A stretch of 64,000 nucleotides of DNA, taken from contig NC_058368.1 in assembly GCF_018350175.1 (NCBI RefSeq), forward strand, positions 230,952,001-231,016,000, in the 5' to 3' direction. Source of the stretch: Felis catus (taxonomy: Eukaryota). The notes under the pieces were generated by a model, which was given only the letters and a program-made list of their open reading frames with translations, was not told the DNA's origin and did not search any database. Below, in pieces: positions 37,630-50,699 of this stretch (positions are counted from its first letter, which is position 1; each line of letters starts with the position of its first letter). Position numbers and translations under genes: made by a program.

Positions 37630-38399
37630 TTTCCAAATGTGAAGGTTCTTGATATCATTAGTCATCAGGGAAATGCAAATCAAACCCACACTGAAACACC
37701 ACCATACACCCACCAGAACGGCTAAAATTAAAAAGACAATACCAAATGCTGGTGAGGGTGCGGAACTCTCGTGTTCCCAGCAGGTGGGCGTGTAAAATGG
37801 AAAAACCGTATTTGAAAACTGGCAGTTTCTAATAAAACTCACCACACGCCTACCTTATGACCTAGCAATTCCACTCACAGGTTTATTCCCGGGAGAAAGA
37901 AAGTCTATATCCACACAAAGACGTGCATAAGAATGTTTGGAGCAGTTTTATTCATAACAGCCAAAAATTGCAAACAACCCAAATATTCATCCTCAAAAGA
38001 CTGGATAAGGAAACTGCTATACTCAAGTTTAGGAATACCACTCAGCAAAAAAGAACAAAATTCTGACACGTCCAACACCAGCAATAGGTCTCAAACACAC
38101 TGCATCCGATGAAATAACGTCAGACGTAACAAAATACATGCTGTTTGATTCCATTTGATGAAACCCAAGGACAGGCAAAATTAATCGATGGTGATAAAAA
38201 AACAGTAAAGGGGATTATTGGAAGGAGTAGGAGAGAACTTTTCAGGGTAATGGAAACATCCTACATCTCAATTGGGGTAATATTTATATGCATATATTTG
38301 TCAGAATTCACTCACTGTACCTTTAAGAGTTATGCATTTCTCTGTGTGTAAATTATATCTCAGGAAGGACTGATGGCACAAAAAAAAAAAAAAAAAAAA
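37630..38399 (+). mobile_element. Old L1 (L1MB/L1ME-like) ORF2 end and 3' UTR
   Basis: cattagtcatcagggaaatgcaaatcaaacc...cctagcaattccactc...gtaaattatatctca followed by an A tail. Confidence 0.82.
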
Positions 38400-38404
38400 C
38401 TGAG

Positions 38405-39185
38405 CCAAAGATATACAAACGGCCAAAACCACAGTGAGATATCCCACATCTGCTAGGATGCCTATAATCAAGAAAAACAGAAAACATCACGTGTTGGCGA
38501 GGATGTGGGGAAACTGGACCCCGTGGGCACCACTGGTCGGAAGGTAAAATAGTGCCACACTGTGGAACAGTTTGGTGGCTCCTTGGAAAGCTAAACACGG
38601 GGTGACCACGTGACCCAACAATTCTCCTCCTAGGGATGTACCCGAAGGAATTTAACATAGGCACTGAACAGATCTTTGTACAGCCCTGTTCCTGGCGCCA
38701 TGATTCATGAGAGCGACAAGAGGCATCAACAGACGTGTCCATCAACAGATGAGTGGATGCGAGAAATGCAGCCACGTACAATGGGGTACTATCTCTTTAA
38801 GTTAAGGAATGAAACTCTAGCACGTGCTGCAACACAGATGAACCGTGGAGGCATTATGCTGTGTGCAAGGAGCCAGGCGCAAAAAGACACTCTATGATTC
38901 CATCTATGTGCCATCTAGAAGAGGCAAACTCAGAAACAGAAAGTAGGTTACAGTCTCCCAGAACCAAGGCAGGTGGGGGGGGGGGCGGGGGGGAGGAGGG
39001 GAAGGAATGGGGAGTTATTGCTTCGTGGCTACAGGGTGCCTGTTCGGGGTGATAAAAATAGATGGCAGTGACACTTGCACAACAGTGTGAGAGTAAGTCA
39101 TGCTACTGAACTGTGTGTTCGTTACAATGGCTAAAAGGGGAAATTTTATGTTATATATATATGTATATATATACCACACTATAAA
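38405..39185 (+). mobile_element. Old L1 (L1MB-like) ORF2 end and 3' UTR
   Basis: aaaaccacagtgagata...gtgttggcgaggatgtgggg...tgtccatcaacagatgagtggat...aaattttatgttata. Confidence 0.82.
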
Positions 39186-39325
39186 TATAAACATATATAT
39201 ATACATATATATACCACACTACATATGTGTATATATATATATACCACACTATAAATATAAACATATATATATATACACCACACTATAAATAAGTAAATAT
39301 ATATATAGATATATATGTATATATA
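39150..39325. repeat. AT-rich minisatellite, four ACCACACT-containing units
   Basis: Repeats of (at)n-accacacta-taaatataaac. Confidence 0.85.
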
Positions 39326-39339
39326 CGACTAAATAAAGT

Positions 39340-39790
39340 CATAACTGGGTGCACCCAAAACCATTTACATCTATACTTTAAATGGACAAAGAATATGGTG
39401 TGTGTGTGTGTGTGTGTGTACATGCATATATTGAATTATACCTCCATAAAGCTGTTAAAAATGAAAAAAAGAAATAAAAGCAACTTTGAGACACATACAT
39501 AGCACGGACAGATCTCAAAACCATGATGTCGCAGGAAAGAAGCCAGGCACCAGGGCACGCACTGTGTGATTCCACCCAAGTCCCAGTGCTGGCTGAACTA
39601 ACCCGTGGGGACAGAAATCTGAGCAGTGGTGGCCTCTGATGGGCGGGGGTTGAGTAGAAAATAGAGGAAATTCTATTTCAAGCTGGGGGACGAAGCACAG
39701 GTGCATGAGCTTGTCAAAAGTCACGCAGCTGTTCATTCCGAACTTGTGCACTTTACTGTATGTAAATTACACCTCACTGAACCACGGTTA
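39340..39790 (+). mobile_element. Further old L1 3'-end fragments, with (TG)n at about 39399-39419
   Basis: gaattatacctccataaagctgttaaaa; tgtgcactttactgtatgtaaattacacctca. Confidence 0.7.
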
Positions 39791-40699
39791 CTATAAAATA
39801 CGGTATTGACAGTGCTGTGGAGGGCACGGGGAAAAGCAGGGTCAGAGGCGGGAATGCAATTAGAAGCCTCCTGTCAGAAGGAGGCAGCGTCACCGAATAA
39901 GGGGGCAGCTTGGCGGAGGGTAAAGGAAGCAAAGCCAGAAGTTGTGGGGCAGGAAAACAAACATGTGGACGTGAGGCGAGAGGTAAGAGGTGACTGGCTT
40001 CTGGCCTGGGCCCCTAAGAGAATGTCAAAGTCATCTCTCTGCCCAGGAAAGAAAGACAGCAAGAAAACTCCAGTGCTCTTGGGAAACAAACGAAGGCCCA
40101 GAAACCTAACACCAGCGAAAAGAAGAATCTCACAAACTTAAAAGATACATTCAATTTGAATCAAAAGGTTCACAGTGGAAAGCACAGTCAATTTTAAAGG
40201 GTGTGTGAGTCGTTTGTTGTTTTGTTTTGTTTCTGGCTGGAGAGAGTCTGCCTGGCTTATGCGAAAAACAGTATGTCCCCAAAGCACGTGCAAGACAGCA
40301 TGTCCTCAAACTTTCCCGAGTCGGTGAATGGCGGTATCTTTTGTCCAAATGACAGCATTAGCAGAAGTGCCTCCCTCTTCCTTCATATCGTCACATCTGC
40401 CTGTTCACTAAGAAAGAAAAAAAAAAAAAAAAAGGACAGAGATTTCCAGAGTCAAAATCATCCAGATGGCGGTGACTAAAAAAGATGGGACAAAAATGTC
40501 CAGTTGGGGTGCAGGGATGAGCCCAGAAAGACGCATCGCAGGCAATGATGAATCTCTGAGGATCCGTTGCCTCTCTGGAGGGGCGCTCAGGGCCTCCCCC
40601 TACCACACCCTGCCTGCCCAGAGCCCACTTCTGAGAAGGCTCCCTTCACTCGGGCCTCTGAGCCATGACCCTCTCTCCCTCACCTGCCCGCTAACCACC

Positions 40700-41086
40700 T
40701 GTCCTGGGTTGAACTGTGCCCCCGCCCCACCCCCAACCCCTGGTACCTGTGAATGTGACCTTATTTGGAAAGAGTCTTTGCAGACATACTCAAGTTAAGG
40801 ATCTTGAGATGAGGTCGTCCTGGGGATGAGACACAGACACACAGAGAGGCCATGTGAAAACAGAGGCAGAGGGTAGAGTGGTACAGACACAGCCAACAAT
40901 GTCTGGGGCCACCAGATGCTGGAAGAGGCAGGAAGGACCCCTCCTAGGGTCTTCAGAGAGGGTACAAACCTGATGTCACCCTGATTTGGGATTTCTAGCC
41001 TTTGGAACCGTGAGAGGAAAAATTTCTGTTGTTTAAGCCACCAACTTTGTGTTAATTTGTTACAACAGCCCGAGAAAGCTAATACA
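40700..41086 (+). mobile_element. MaLR solo LTR (MLT1C-like)
   Basis: tgtcctgggttgaactgtgccc...tgtgaatgtgaccttatttggaaa...gctggaagaggcaggaagg...gaaagctaataca. Confidence 0.87.
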
Positions 41087-42172
41087 TCAACACTCTAGCA
41101 CCGCATCTGGCCTGTGTCCTCCAAGCGTCTCCCCCACCTGACCTGGGGATACCAGGTCCTTTCCTGCTCGGATACCACTCTTGGATAAGGCCCTCGCTCG
41201 TCCACGAAGGCAGCAAAAGCCGCCCTCCGGTCACCTGTCTCCTGGCTTGGCTCCCGTCCATCCTTCCCACTCATGTGTTCTGTTCTCCCTGCTTAGAAGG
41301 GTCCATTCCCGCAATTCCCAGTTGTCCTCAGGAGGAAAAGCCCGGGGCTGGCCCCGGCCCCCGCCCCCATCCCTGGCCTGAGCAGGCATCACGTCTGTCC
41401 CACCTACTGCCAAAGAAACAGGAACCGTTTGGTGCATTTGCAAACAGAAGATCCCACCGTGCCACGCGCCAAAATACTCGAAATGCAGGGCGGCCTGCTT
41501 AGCTTTCATTCCTCCAGCCCCCAGCAACCTCAGCTTTTACTGAATGCCAAAATATGGCTGATTAGGCAAATGAACAGGACAAGGACTGCGCCAACAGAGC
41601 CTTGTGACATAAATGCTGTTCCTCCAAAAGAGACAATCTGGGCAACTGACGCCATCAGAGACCATCCCATACCAGTAACAGGGGACGCTAGGCTTCCCAT
41701 CCGTTCCCTAAAACATCCAATCATCTAATTCCCTACAGGAATATCAGGAATGCAGGGTATTCCTAAGCCCACGGGGAGATGGGGCCGTGGCTCAGGCCAC
41801 TGCTTGTACCACAGCCACCACAAGTCCCTTCGATTGTCAGGTCTGTTATGGAGAGTCACGGGTGCCTCTCGGTCCTTCCCAAATCAGCAGCTTGTAGGCT
41901 GACCGAATGCTCCAAACATCCAACTGCAGAATGTTATTGTCGTTGTTTTAGCAGGCCTTATTTCTTAAAGTGGTTTCAGGTTCACAGCAAAACTGAATGG
42001 AAGACTAGGGGCTTCTTCACCTGTGAAGTTTTAATGCCTCAAATCATGTCCAGCACAATTTGTTACACTCACATTTCAACAGTGGAGCCATTTGAGCTAA
42101 GACCCGTTTTGTTTTTTTTTTTTTAACAACTTACTTACTGGGTTAATAGCTAAAGCTTTACAAAAAGAAAAG

Positions 42173-42340
42173 GGGGCATCTGGGTCACTCAGTTGGTTGA
42201 GCACCGACTTCTTGATTTCAGCTCTGATCATGATCTCACAGTTCATGGGATCGAGCCCCATGTCGGGCTCTGCACGGAGAGCATGGAGCCTGCTTAAGAT
42301 TCTCTCTCCCTCTCCCCCACTTGTGCACAATGCTTAAAAA
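42173..42340 (+). mobile_element. CanSINE (older, short tail)
   Basis: Head and B box recognisable. Confidence 0.85.
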
Positions 42341-42674
42341 TGTGTCACTGCGTAGAAAAGGAAGGGTGGGCCAGCACACTGGCTGATTCTTCAACTGATG
42401 GCAGCCATCTGGTTAGAGTGATACGAAATTTATTGTTTTCAAGCACTGGAATCAAAGAATAGACAAAGTCAAGATAGACACAGGCATAATTACAGAGCAG
42501 AGCAAATGATGTTCATCTTGTCCGTAAAAACATAATGAGAACAAAACTGAGAGGAGGTTGTGGGGAGAGGAAGGAGGGAAAGGTGAGGAATGCTCTTCTC
42601 TAACACAGAAGCCCAGAAATATTGACCACAACTATGGAAAAGAAATCAAGGTTGAAATACAATATATAGTGTAG

Positions 42675-43290
42675 TGTAGGCACCCAATGATTGGCTTATA
42701 CAATTGTAAGTGCCTGACATTAAGTCTTGATTCTTGATGCCTCCATTTCAGAGACCTCCATCTTGAATGAACGGACACGGGGCCAGTTATTCAACTAGAT
42801 AAGGGACCAGGCAGCCCCACCCCTGATGCTCCCCTTTCTAGAAAGCCCTGGGTGACCTACATACCTCACGGTGGACTGATGGACTGCTTGCTTTCCTCTT
42901 CCCACACGTTAATTCCCACTTTAGGTTTTGAATTCACCAGTTCACCCTAGGCTCCACCCTCAACCCCAATAAAGGCAGAACCCCAGGCTCCTGAGTATTC
43001 TCCCTCCCCACCTCTCTCTCTCCTTCTCTCTCCCTTCCTTCCGTCCCTCCCTCCCCCCACCCAGTCCCATGACCTCAGACAGGCTGTGTATCCTCCAGAT
43101 CTGTCAGTAATAAACCTTGTTTTTTCAGTTTCCTGATGATTATTGCTGAGGGCATCTTACAATCCTAAAGAGAACCACAAGGGCCGATCCAACCACAACA
43201 TGGGCTCTGGTTGGGGAAATGCCCAGGTGAGTGCCCCAAGCTGTTCTAGCTGGTAGAAGTCACCTCTGATAGGCTGAGAACACAAAACCA
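42675..43290 (+). mobile_element. Probable ERV solo LTR (family uncertain)
   Basis: TG...CA bounded block interrupting an old L1-like stretch; TATA-position caataaaggc, CT-rich R-like region and gtaataaacc poly(A) signal. Confidence 0.55.
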
Positions 43291-43584
43291 CTAGGGACTA
43301 GAATAAACATGAAATACTGATTGGAGAGGGCAGGGAAGTAGTCTTGTCAGCATCCATCCGTCATTGCAGGAGTCATTAGTATTGTCCCAAATGGATAAAT
43401 CAAGACACCCATTATGAGCAAGCTGTCCATCAGCCAGCAGGTGACCACCAGAAGAAAGTGGGAATGATTCAAAGTGACCCCTTCTGGAAAGCAGACAGAG
43501 AAGAAAAGGTCTGGGGTGCATTCAGTACAAGCTCACCAGCAAGGATCTATCTTCTAGCATGTAAGTAGGTGCACTACTTTAAAA

Positions 43585-43910
43585 AAAAAAATGGGTGAAG
43601 GGGGTTAAAAAGTACAAACTTCCAGTTATAAAATGAGGCAGGGGGATGTCATATCCAGCACGGTGACTATAGTCAATGATATCCCGTTGCATTATTTGAA
43701 AGTTGTAAGTTGTTAAGAGTAGATTTCAAAAGTTCTCATCACAAGAGAAAAAGCTGTTAACTCTCGTGATGGATGACGGTGATGATGGATGTTGACTGCA
43801 GTTATTACAGTGATCACTTTGCAATACATGTAAATATCAAGTCATTACACTGCACACCTAAAACTAACATAATATGACATGTCAGTTATATCTCCATTTA
43901 AGAAAAAAAA
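43585..43910 (+). mobile_element. L1MA9-like 3' end
   Basis: atgggtgaaggggg...gtacaaacttccagttataaaat...gagtagatttcaaaagttctcatcaca...cagttatatctc followed by an A tail. Confidence 0.85.
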
Positions 43911-43959
43911 CAGGAGGAAGAGAATAGAATACTAACAAGAATTAAAAAGTACATTAATA

Positions 43960-44176
43960 GGGGCACCTGGGTGGCTCAGTCGGTTGAGCGTCCGACTTTG
44001 GCTCAGGTCATGAACTCGTGGTCAGTGGGTTCGAGCCCTGTGTCGGGCTCTGTGCTGACAGCTCGGAGCCCGGAGCCTGCTTCTGATTCTGTGTCTCCCT
44101 CTCTCTTTGCCCCTCTCAGCTCACCCTCTGTCTCTCTCTGTCTCTCAAAAATAAATAAACGTTTAAAAAAAAAAAA
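43960..44176 (+). mobile_element. CanSINE
   Basis: Full copy; TSD aaaagtacattaat/aaaggcacattaat. Confidence 0.93.
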
Positions 44177-45656
44177 GGCACATTAATGGGAACAAATAGA
44201 ACAAATGGCACAGAATAAGATTCTTGTCTTTAAAGGCCGAGGCATGTTAAAGGAATAATATGGAAAGTGGACGGATTATTTAACCAACATTGCTGGGAAA
44301 GTTGATTATTAAGCAGGAAAAGTTTATACACATGCACCATATATCAAAATACAGATCAAAAGGATTAAAAAATTAAGAGCAAAAAATACATACACATATA
44401 CTTATGTCCTAAAACAGCTAACTGATCATAAGACAAGGAAGGGCTTCAAAAGCATAATAATAATGAATAAAATAACAAATAAAAATATAAATTTACTTTG
44501 CGCGAAAACATAGTATTGATTTACATTTCAAAAAGCGCAAGCAAATTTAATAGAAGTTTAAAAACAACAACCAAAATTAATGGCAGGATTACTTAAATAT
44601 CAACAGAAATATATTAAATATCAGCATTAAACACACCAATAGTACAATTTTTTAAATGGATAAAGAACAGAAAAATCAGAAGACAAACAAGGAATCAATA
44701 AATAAATGTGAAATACATATAACCTCACTAATAAGAAAGAAGTGAAAATTAAAATATTAATGAGACACCGTGTACTTAACACAAAAGATTAGATTTCAGT
44801 TATTCACAGAAGATGGATTACTCAGTTAATGGTGTTGGACAAATGCCTTAGCCATATGGGAAAAATAAGATTGGATCTTTACCTCATGGCTTATGCCAGA
44901 ATGAATCATTAAATATACAACCAAAAAAACACTGGAAGGAAATTGAGATGACGATTTCTATAAACTTGGCTTTAAAAACGCATTTTGAAGCATAACAGCA
45001 GAGCCAGAAACCATAAAGAAAAAGACAGATACATCTGACTATTCAAAAATCTACACCTCTTCAGCAAAACAACAGAATAAACAAAGTAAAAAGACAAACG
45101 ATGAGAACGTCCCCCTTCAGCGACAAAAAGCTAGATTCAATCGCATCTACTCTGCCGCCGAGAACGCGAGTGAAATTGAATTAAAAAAAAAAAAAATCTA
45201 TTTGGAAGCATCGGACTTCCGAAACAACCAGGACCTGCAGGCTCAGTATCCCAGAAAGAATGCAGAAGCCCTGAGACAAGCTTCCATTCCCCCCGCGCTC
45301 CACCCGTGGTACCTGCAGATTCGTAAGGCTGAGAGACTGAGAAACCGAGGAGGGAACAGGAGCTAAAGGTCAGGGGCATGAGGCAAAGTCTATCAGTCTC
45401 CGGCGTTAAGGACACAAAGCTGGAGTTCATGGGCTGCCAAGGAAGACAGGCCTGTTACACAGGCCACATTTCCTGTAGCAAGCGCCAAGTCTGGCCCCTG
45501 GGAGTAAGGCAAGCCAGACCTCACAGAGACCACAACCTAGACTCTGCGATCATCTCTGCCCCACTGTGCCGGAAGTAAATTAAATCTATTCTGGAGGAAG
45601 ACAACACTACTTCAGTTTTTCACGTACCACGTCTACCATTTAAAAAGAAAATTACT

Positions 45657-45870
45657 GGGGCGCCTGGGTGGTTCAGTTCAACTTTGGGTTTCCACTCAGG
45701 TCATGATCTCACGGTTGTGGGATGGAGCTCCGCGTCCGGCTCCCCACTGAGCATGAAGCCTGCTTGGGATTCTCTCCTCTCTCTCCCTCTGCCCCTCTCT
45801 GCCGTTCTCTCTCTAAAGTAAAAAAAAAAAAAAAAAAAATTTAAATAAAATAAATAAAAAGTAAATAAAA
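45657..45870 (+). mobile_element. CanSINE
   Basis: Head, CT tract and long A tail. Confidence 0.88.
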
Positions 45871-46429
45871 ACTTACCAAAGATATCAGGAGACAGGACCA
45901 AAAGAAAAAGAGACCAAAAAAAAAAAAAAAAAAAAAAAAACTATCTCCAGGTAGATACAGATATTGGAGTTACGAGACTTTACGGTAACTGTGTGATTAA
46001 TACGTAACAGAAAATAATGACAAATGGAGAGTTTCAGCAGAGGACTAGAATATGTAAAGAAAGAGTCAGATTAAAACTTTGGCAATAAAATATAAAGTAA
46101 CTGAGACTTAGAATTTAAAAAGGAGTAAAGAAGCAGATTAGGCCACATAGAGAATTAGTGAACTGAAAGATGGGTGAACTGAAAATGCCCGGACGGGAAA
46201 AAAAAGGACGGAGAAGATAAGAAAAAAACACATACGAGTCACATGGAGGATGGTGGAAAAGGTCTAATATGTGTGAATCTGGTGTCACACGATGGGAAGA
46301 AAAAGAGAATGGGACAAAAGAATATGTGGCAAAATAGTGGCTGAAGATTTTCCAGAACTGACCAAAGATATCACGCCATAAATTCAAGCAATTCTATAAA
46401 CTCCAAGAAGATTTACAGAATCAATACAG

Positions 46430-46820
46430 GGAGGGCACCTGGGTGGCTCAGTTGGTTAAACATCCAACTTCAGCTCAGCTCATGATCTCACAGTTCATGA
46501 GTTCAAGTCCCGCATCGGATTCTGTGCTGACAGCTCAGAGCCTGGAGCCTGCTTTGGATTCTGGGTCTCCTTCTCTCCCTGCTCCTACCCTGTGTGCTCA
46601 CTCTCTCCTCTCTCACTCTCTCTCTCTCAAAAATAAATAAATATTTTTTAAATAAATAAACACAAGGGCACCTGGGTGGTTAAGCATCCGGCTCTTGGTC
46701 TCGGCTCAGGTCATGATCTCATGGTTCGTGGGATCGAGCCCCACATCAGGCTTTGCACTGACAGCACAGAGCCTGTTTGGGATTCTCTCTTTCCCTCTAT
46801 CAAAATAAATAAATTTTAAA
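46430..46820 (+). mobile_element. Two head-to-tail CanSINEs (46430-46660 and 46666-46820)
   Basis: Two tRNA-like heads, each with its own A tail. Confidence 0.9.
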
Positions 46821-47140
46821 AAATAGTTAAAAAATAAATACAAACTGGAAGAAGAATGTGGAACATATGCTAGACAAATAACAACTTTAGCATATTTTCA
46901 AAATTCTTAGAACTCAAGAAGAAAACACAGACTCATAAAAAAATGGGCAAAGGATAGATATGAAGAAGCTGATGTTATATGAAACATGCTTTGACCCCGC
47001 TAATCATCAGACACACTCATGTTAAAGTGAGGTGTCATTTTCTTACCACGAGTTAGAAAAGATTTAGAAGCGTGAGTGAAAGGAAAGGTACTTTTCTATC
47101 TTGCTAAAACCATGAGCCGATTCTAGTGGGCAATTTGTTA

Positions 47141-47500
47141 GTATCAGTCAGGTTAAGCTACGTTGTGCAGCAGTAACAAGCAATCCCAAAATTTCAGTGG
47201 CTTATGACAAATGTCTACTTGCTCACATGACACATCCACTGAAGGTGGGCTGTGGCTCTTTGATGCTGTCTTCCCTCCAGGACTCGGGTTCATGGAGGAG
47301 GCTCTACCTAGAATATTTCGAGTCTCACCGCAGAGGGACAAGTGGGTATGGCAAACCATATGCCATGGGTCTTAAACCGATGGCCAATATGACACTGATT
47401 TTGCCAGAGTAAGTGGGATGGCCAAGCGTAATGCTATGGAGAGAGAAGCTTACTCGTGCTCCAGGGAGAGGCAGAATTTGGGGGGGAAATAATAGGACCC
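47141..47500 (-). mobile_element. Old MaLR LTR (MLT1K/L-like)
   Basis: tatcagtcaggttaagctacgttgtgcagcagtaacaagcaatcccaaaatttcagtggctta. Confidence 0.7.
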
Positions 47501-47718
47501 AGCATGTGCATCCAAACTCAAGACCTAACGATTTCCTTAAAAAAAAAAACAAAAAAACAAAAAACTGGATCAAAATGCAGACGGGTATGTAAACCGCCAT
47601 ATCGCTCATAAAGGACAAACCAGAAATAATCTCAGTGTCCACTGGGACGTCATAAGCTAAATCACTGAAAACATACTGAAAATAGATTATATTGCTGTAG
47701 TTAAAAATAATGACGTGT

Positions 47719-47865
47719 GGGGTGCCCGGGTGGCTCAGTTGGTTGGTTAAGCACCTGACTCTTGATCTCAGCTCAGGTTTTGATCTCAGGGTCATGAGTT
47801 CAGGCCCCGAGTTGGGCCCTGCGCTGGATGGGAAGCCTACTTATAAAAAAATAATAATAATAAAA
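47719..47865 (+). mobile_element. Short CanSINE form lacking the CT tract
   Basis: Head runs to gaagcctactt then directly into an A tail; TSD aaaataatgacgtgt/aaaataacggtgtgt. Confidence 0.85.
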
Positions 47866-48221
47866 TAACGGTGTGTACTTGATGAATGAAAAGATGTCCT
47901 CAATAAGTTACTCAGGAAAGCAGATCATATGTCCCATATTATATTAAATGACTGAAGTTAAACCTAAAACGTGTAATTATCTCTAGATCAGAGATTTTCG
48001 GATTTGGCATTTTGCCTTTCTATTTATCTGAACATTTCACAATACGACTGCGTGACTTCAATCCTTCAGAAACCAACAAACCCCTTTCAATATTTTTAAC
48101 AACAAATGTTCGGTGTCATGGGGATCCAGCAAAACAGGCAATTTCATAAACATGCGGGTGGAAGGAGAAATCAGTAGTCTTCCTAGAAAGCAAAATAGCC
48201 TTTAAAAGGCTCATACTCTTC

Positions 48222-48313
48222 TTTTTTTTCCTTTCTTAAGTTTATTTATTTATTTTGAGAGATACGGAGACAGCACGACCAGGATGGGGCAGAGAGAGAG
48301 GGAGGGAGGGAGG

Positions 48314-48356
<43 letters not shown>

Positions 48357-48474
48357 TCCCCCAGCAGGCTCCACCCTGACAGCCGTGGGACTCGAACTCA
48401 CGAAACTGCAAGATCATGACGGGAGCCGAAACCAAGAGCTGGACACTTAACTGACTGAGTCACCCAGGTGTCCC
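48222..48474 (-). mobile_element. CanSINE
   Basis: Head at about 48474 with a long GA/GGGA tract. Confidence 0.9.
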
Positions 48475-48694
48475 GGAAAAGGCTCAAAGCCTTAAACCCT
48501 ATAATATGCCTCCTAAAACTTGACATAAAAAGCAACGTTCCAAGTGCCAATAAAAGATATACTAAGACATCCATTCATCAGAGCATTATTTAAATAGAAA
48601 AATTTCAGAAACAAGGAAAATGTCCAACAGATGATTAAATAAACAATGATAAACGCAGTAACAGGTTTTTAAAAATCAAGATTCTTAAGTACTT

Positions 48695-48912
48695 TTTTAT
48701 TTTTAATTTTTTTTTCAACGTTTATTTATTTTTGGGACAGAGAGAGACAGAACGGGGGAGGGGCAGAGAGAGAGGGAGACACAGAATCGGAAACAGGCTC
48801 CAGGCTCCGAGCCATCAGCCCAGAGCCTGACGCGGGGCTCGAACTCACGGACCGCGAGATCGTGACCTGGCTGAAGTCGGACGCTTAACCGACTGCGCCA
48901 CCCAGGCGCCCC
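48695..48912 (-). mobile_element. Young felid SINEC
   Basis: CpG-intact; TSD ttaagtacttttt. Confidence 0.95.
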
Positions 48913-48935
48913 TTAAGTACTTTTAACATAGAAAT

Positions 48936-49055
48936 GGGGGTGCCTGGCTGGCGCAGTTGGTAGAACGCATGACTCTTGATCTCGGGGTTGAGCTTGAGCC
49001 TGACATTGGGTGTACAGATTGCTTAAAAATAAAATCTTTAAAAATAATAATAATA
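48936..49055 (+). mobile_element. Short CanSINE form (tRNA head plus tail)
   Basis: ggggtgcctggctggcgcagttggtagaacgcatgactcttgatctcggggttg...cttaaaaataaaatcttt. Confidence 0.82.
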
Positions 49056-49219
49056 GAGAAATGAGCTCAGACTATGCTTATAAGTGAAAAAAGAAGGATA
49101 TCCTGTATTTACAGGATAAACTTTAGAGACAGATAAACAGATGGACAGATCGCGTTGACTTCGTTATCTCTGGGTACCGATGAGACGTGTTTATATTTTC
49201 TTCTTTGTACGTGGCTCTA

Positions 49220-49446
49220 TTTTTTTTTTTAATTTTTTTGAATGTTTATTTATTTTTGAGAGAGAAAGAGACAGACAGAGCCTGAGTTGGGGAGGAGCAG
49301 AGAGAGAGGGAGACACAGAATCCGAAGCAGGCTCCGTGCTCTGAGTTGTCAGCACAGAGCCAGATCCGGGGCTCGAACCCACGAATCACAAGATCATGAC
49401 CTGAGCCGAATTGAACACTTAACCGACCGAGCCACCCAGGCGCCCC
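49220..49446 (-). mobile_element. CanSINE
   Basis: TSD tgtacgtggctct on both sides. Confidence 0.93.
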
Positions 49447-49901
49447 TGTACGTGGCTCTTTCTTGTCTTGCTTTTGTTTTGTTTTCATTTTCCGCACCTG
49501 AATACTTACATTGGAAGCAGAAGGATTATCTAATAAATATTACTGTTACATGTCAGAGTATCGGAATGAGGATCGGAGGGTGCTATGATCGTTGACAGGG
49601 GAAGTCAGACTCCACCCAGAGGGATCTTCATGAGTCACTAAAATCAGAAACGTTCTGCCGCAATGAAAATTCATGTGCTCCAACTCCACCGCACCTGGAA
49701 CGTCAGCAAGCAGAAGATTCCCCCAACTCCAAGCATATACTGCTGCTGAGACCCAGGAAACACAAGAATAAAGCCTCGGTAACTGTAAATGTATTGCAAA
49801 AGGCCCACATTTGCACTAGCAAGATCTCTCCTCATCTGAATCCACTGTGACACTGGGAGGCCAACAGCAACTTCCTCAATTACACATGAAGATAACGTCC
49901 A

Positions 49902-50008
49902 GGGGCACCTGGGTGGCTCAGTCAGTTAAGCACCCAACTCTTGATTTCGGCTCAGGCCAGGATCTCAAGGTTCCTATGATAGAGCCCTGCATTGGGCCCT
50001 GTGCTGGA
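49902..50008 (+). mobile_element. CanSINE 5' half
   Basis: Head and B box, no tail. Confidence 0.82.
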
Positions 50009-50699
50009 CGTGGCAGTGAGGCTCAGTCCTCTATCTTTCACCCCAGAACCCTGGCTCTGCTTCATGCATGTCCCGCTCGATGCCCTCAACCTCACATGGA
50101 AACCCATCAAACACCACAGCGCAGCTACCTCTCCGCGGGAGGGAGCCCCGCACACCTGCCTGCAGCAGGTGCCTGGGCAGCCAGGCCACGGGGGCTGACA
50201 GAGGAAGCCACAAGCACCCCAAAAGTGCTTTCCAGTTCTAGGATTTCTTTCAGGGTCTCCTTTCCCAAGAGTGAAGCCTCAGAGCTCCTACGGACTCGCA
50301 CAAGCACGTTCTCAAACAACCTGCATCAAAGGGAAATGGCCACGCGGACTTGAAGTCAGTCCTAAAAAAGTTGAAGTTTAAGGACGCTACATGAGCAGCC
50401 CAAATACAGCTCTGTGAACCAAGGGCAACGTCTGGGGACCTCGGCTGCCAACCCAACGTGCATCCATGAAACACCCGACTCAGTTACATGACTGCTGAAA
50501 AGACATGAATCCAGTTAAGTGTGATGTAACAGACCAGCTCACCACCACCAGTCCTCACAGACCTGTGGCCCCAAATACCTGTTCTGTCCACTGGAAACAG
50601 CACTGTGTTTCAATGGGACATTACTGAAACCTTCCCTACAGAGCGGAACCGGGTATTTTTCCTTCCCCTCTAACTCTCATTGCCCAAGACTGGTCTTCG

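Larger units (their letters stand above)
44180..47140 (+). mobile_element. Mosaic of very old L1M fragments (ORF2-, 5'- and ORF1-like) interrupted by SINEs
   Basis: A-rich L1 motifs (aatggtgttggacaa, ccataaagaaaaagacagat, agaattagtgaactgaaagat, gtggctgaagattttccaga). Confidence 0.6.

Noticed and set aside
47719..49055. Short tRNA-like elements as real tRNA genes
   Set aside because: They have CanSINE heads followed by A-rich tails and lack an intact cloverleaf, so they are short SINE subfamilies.
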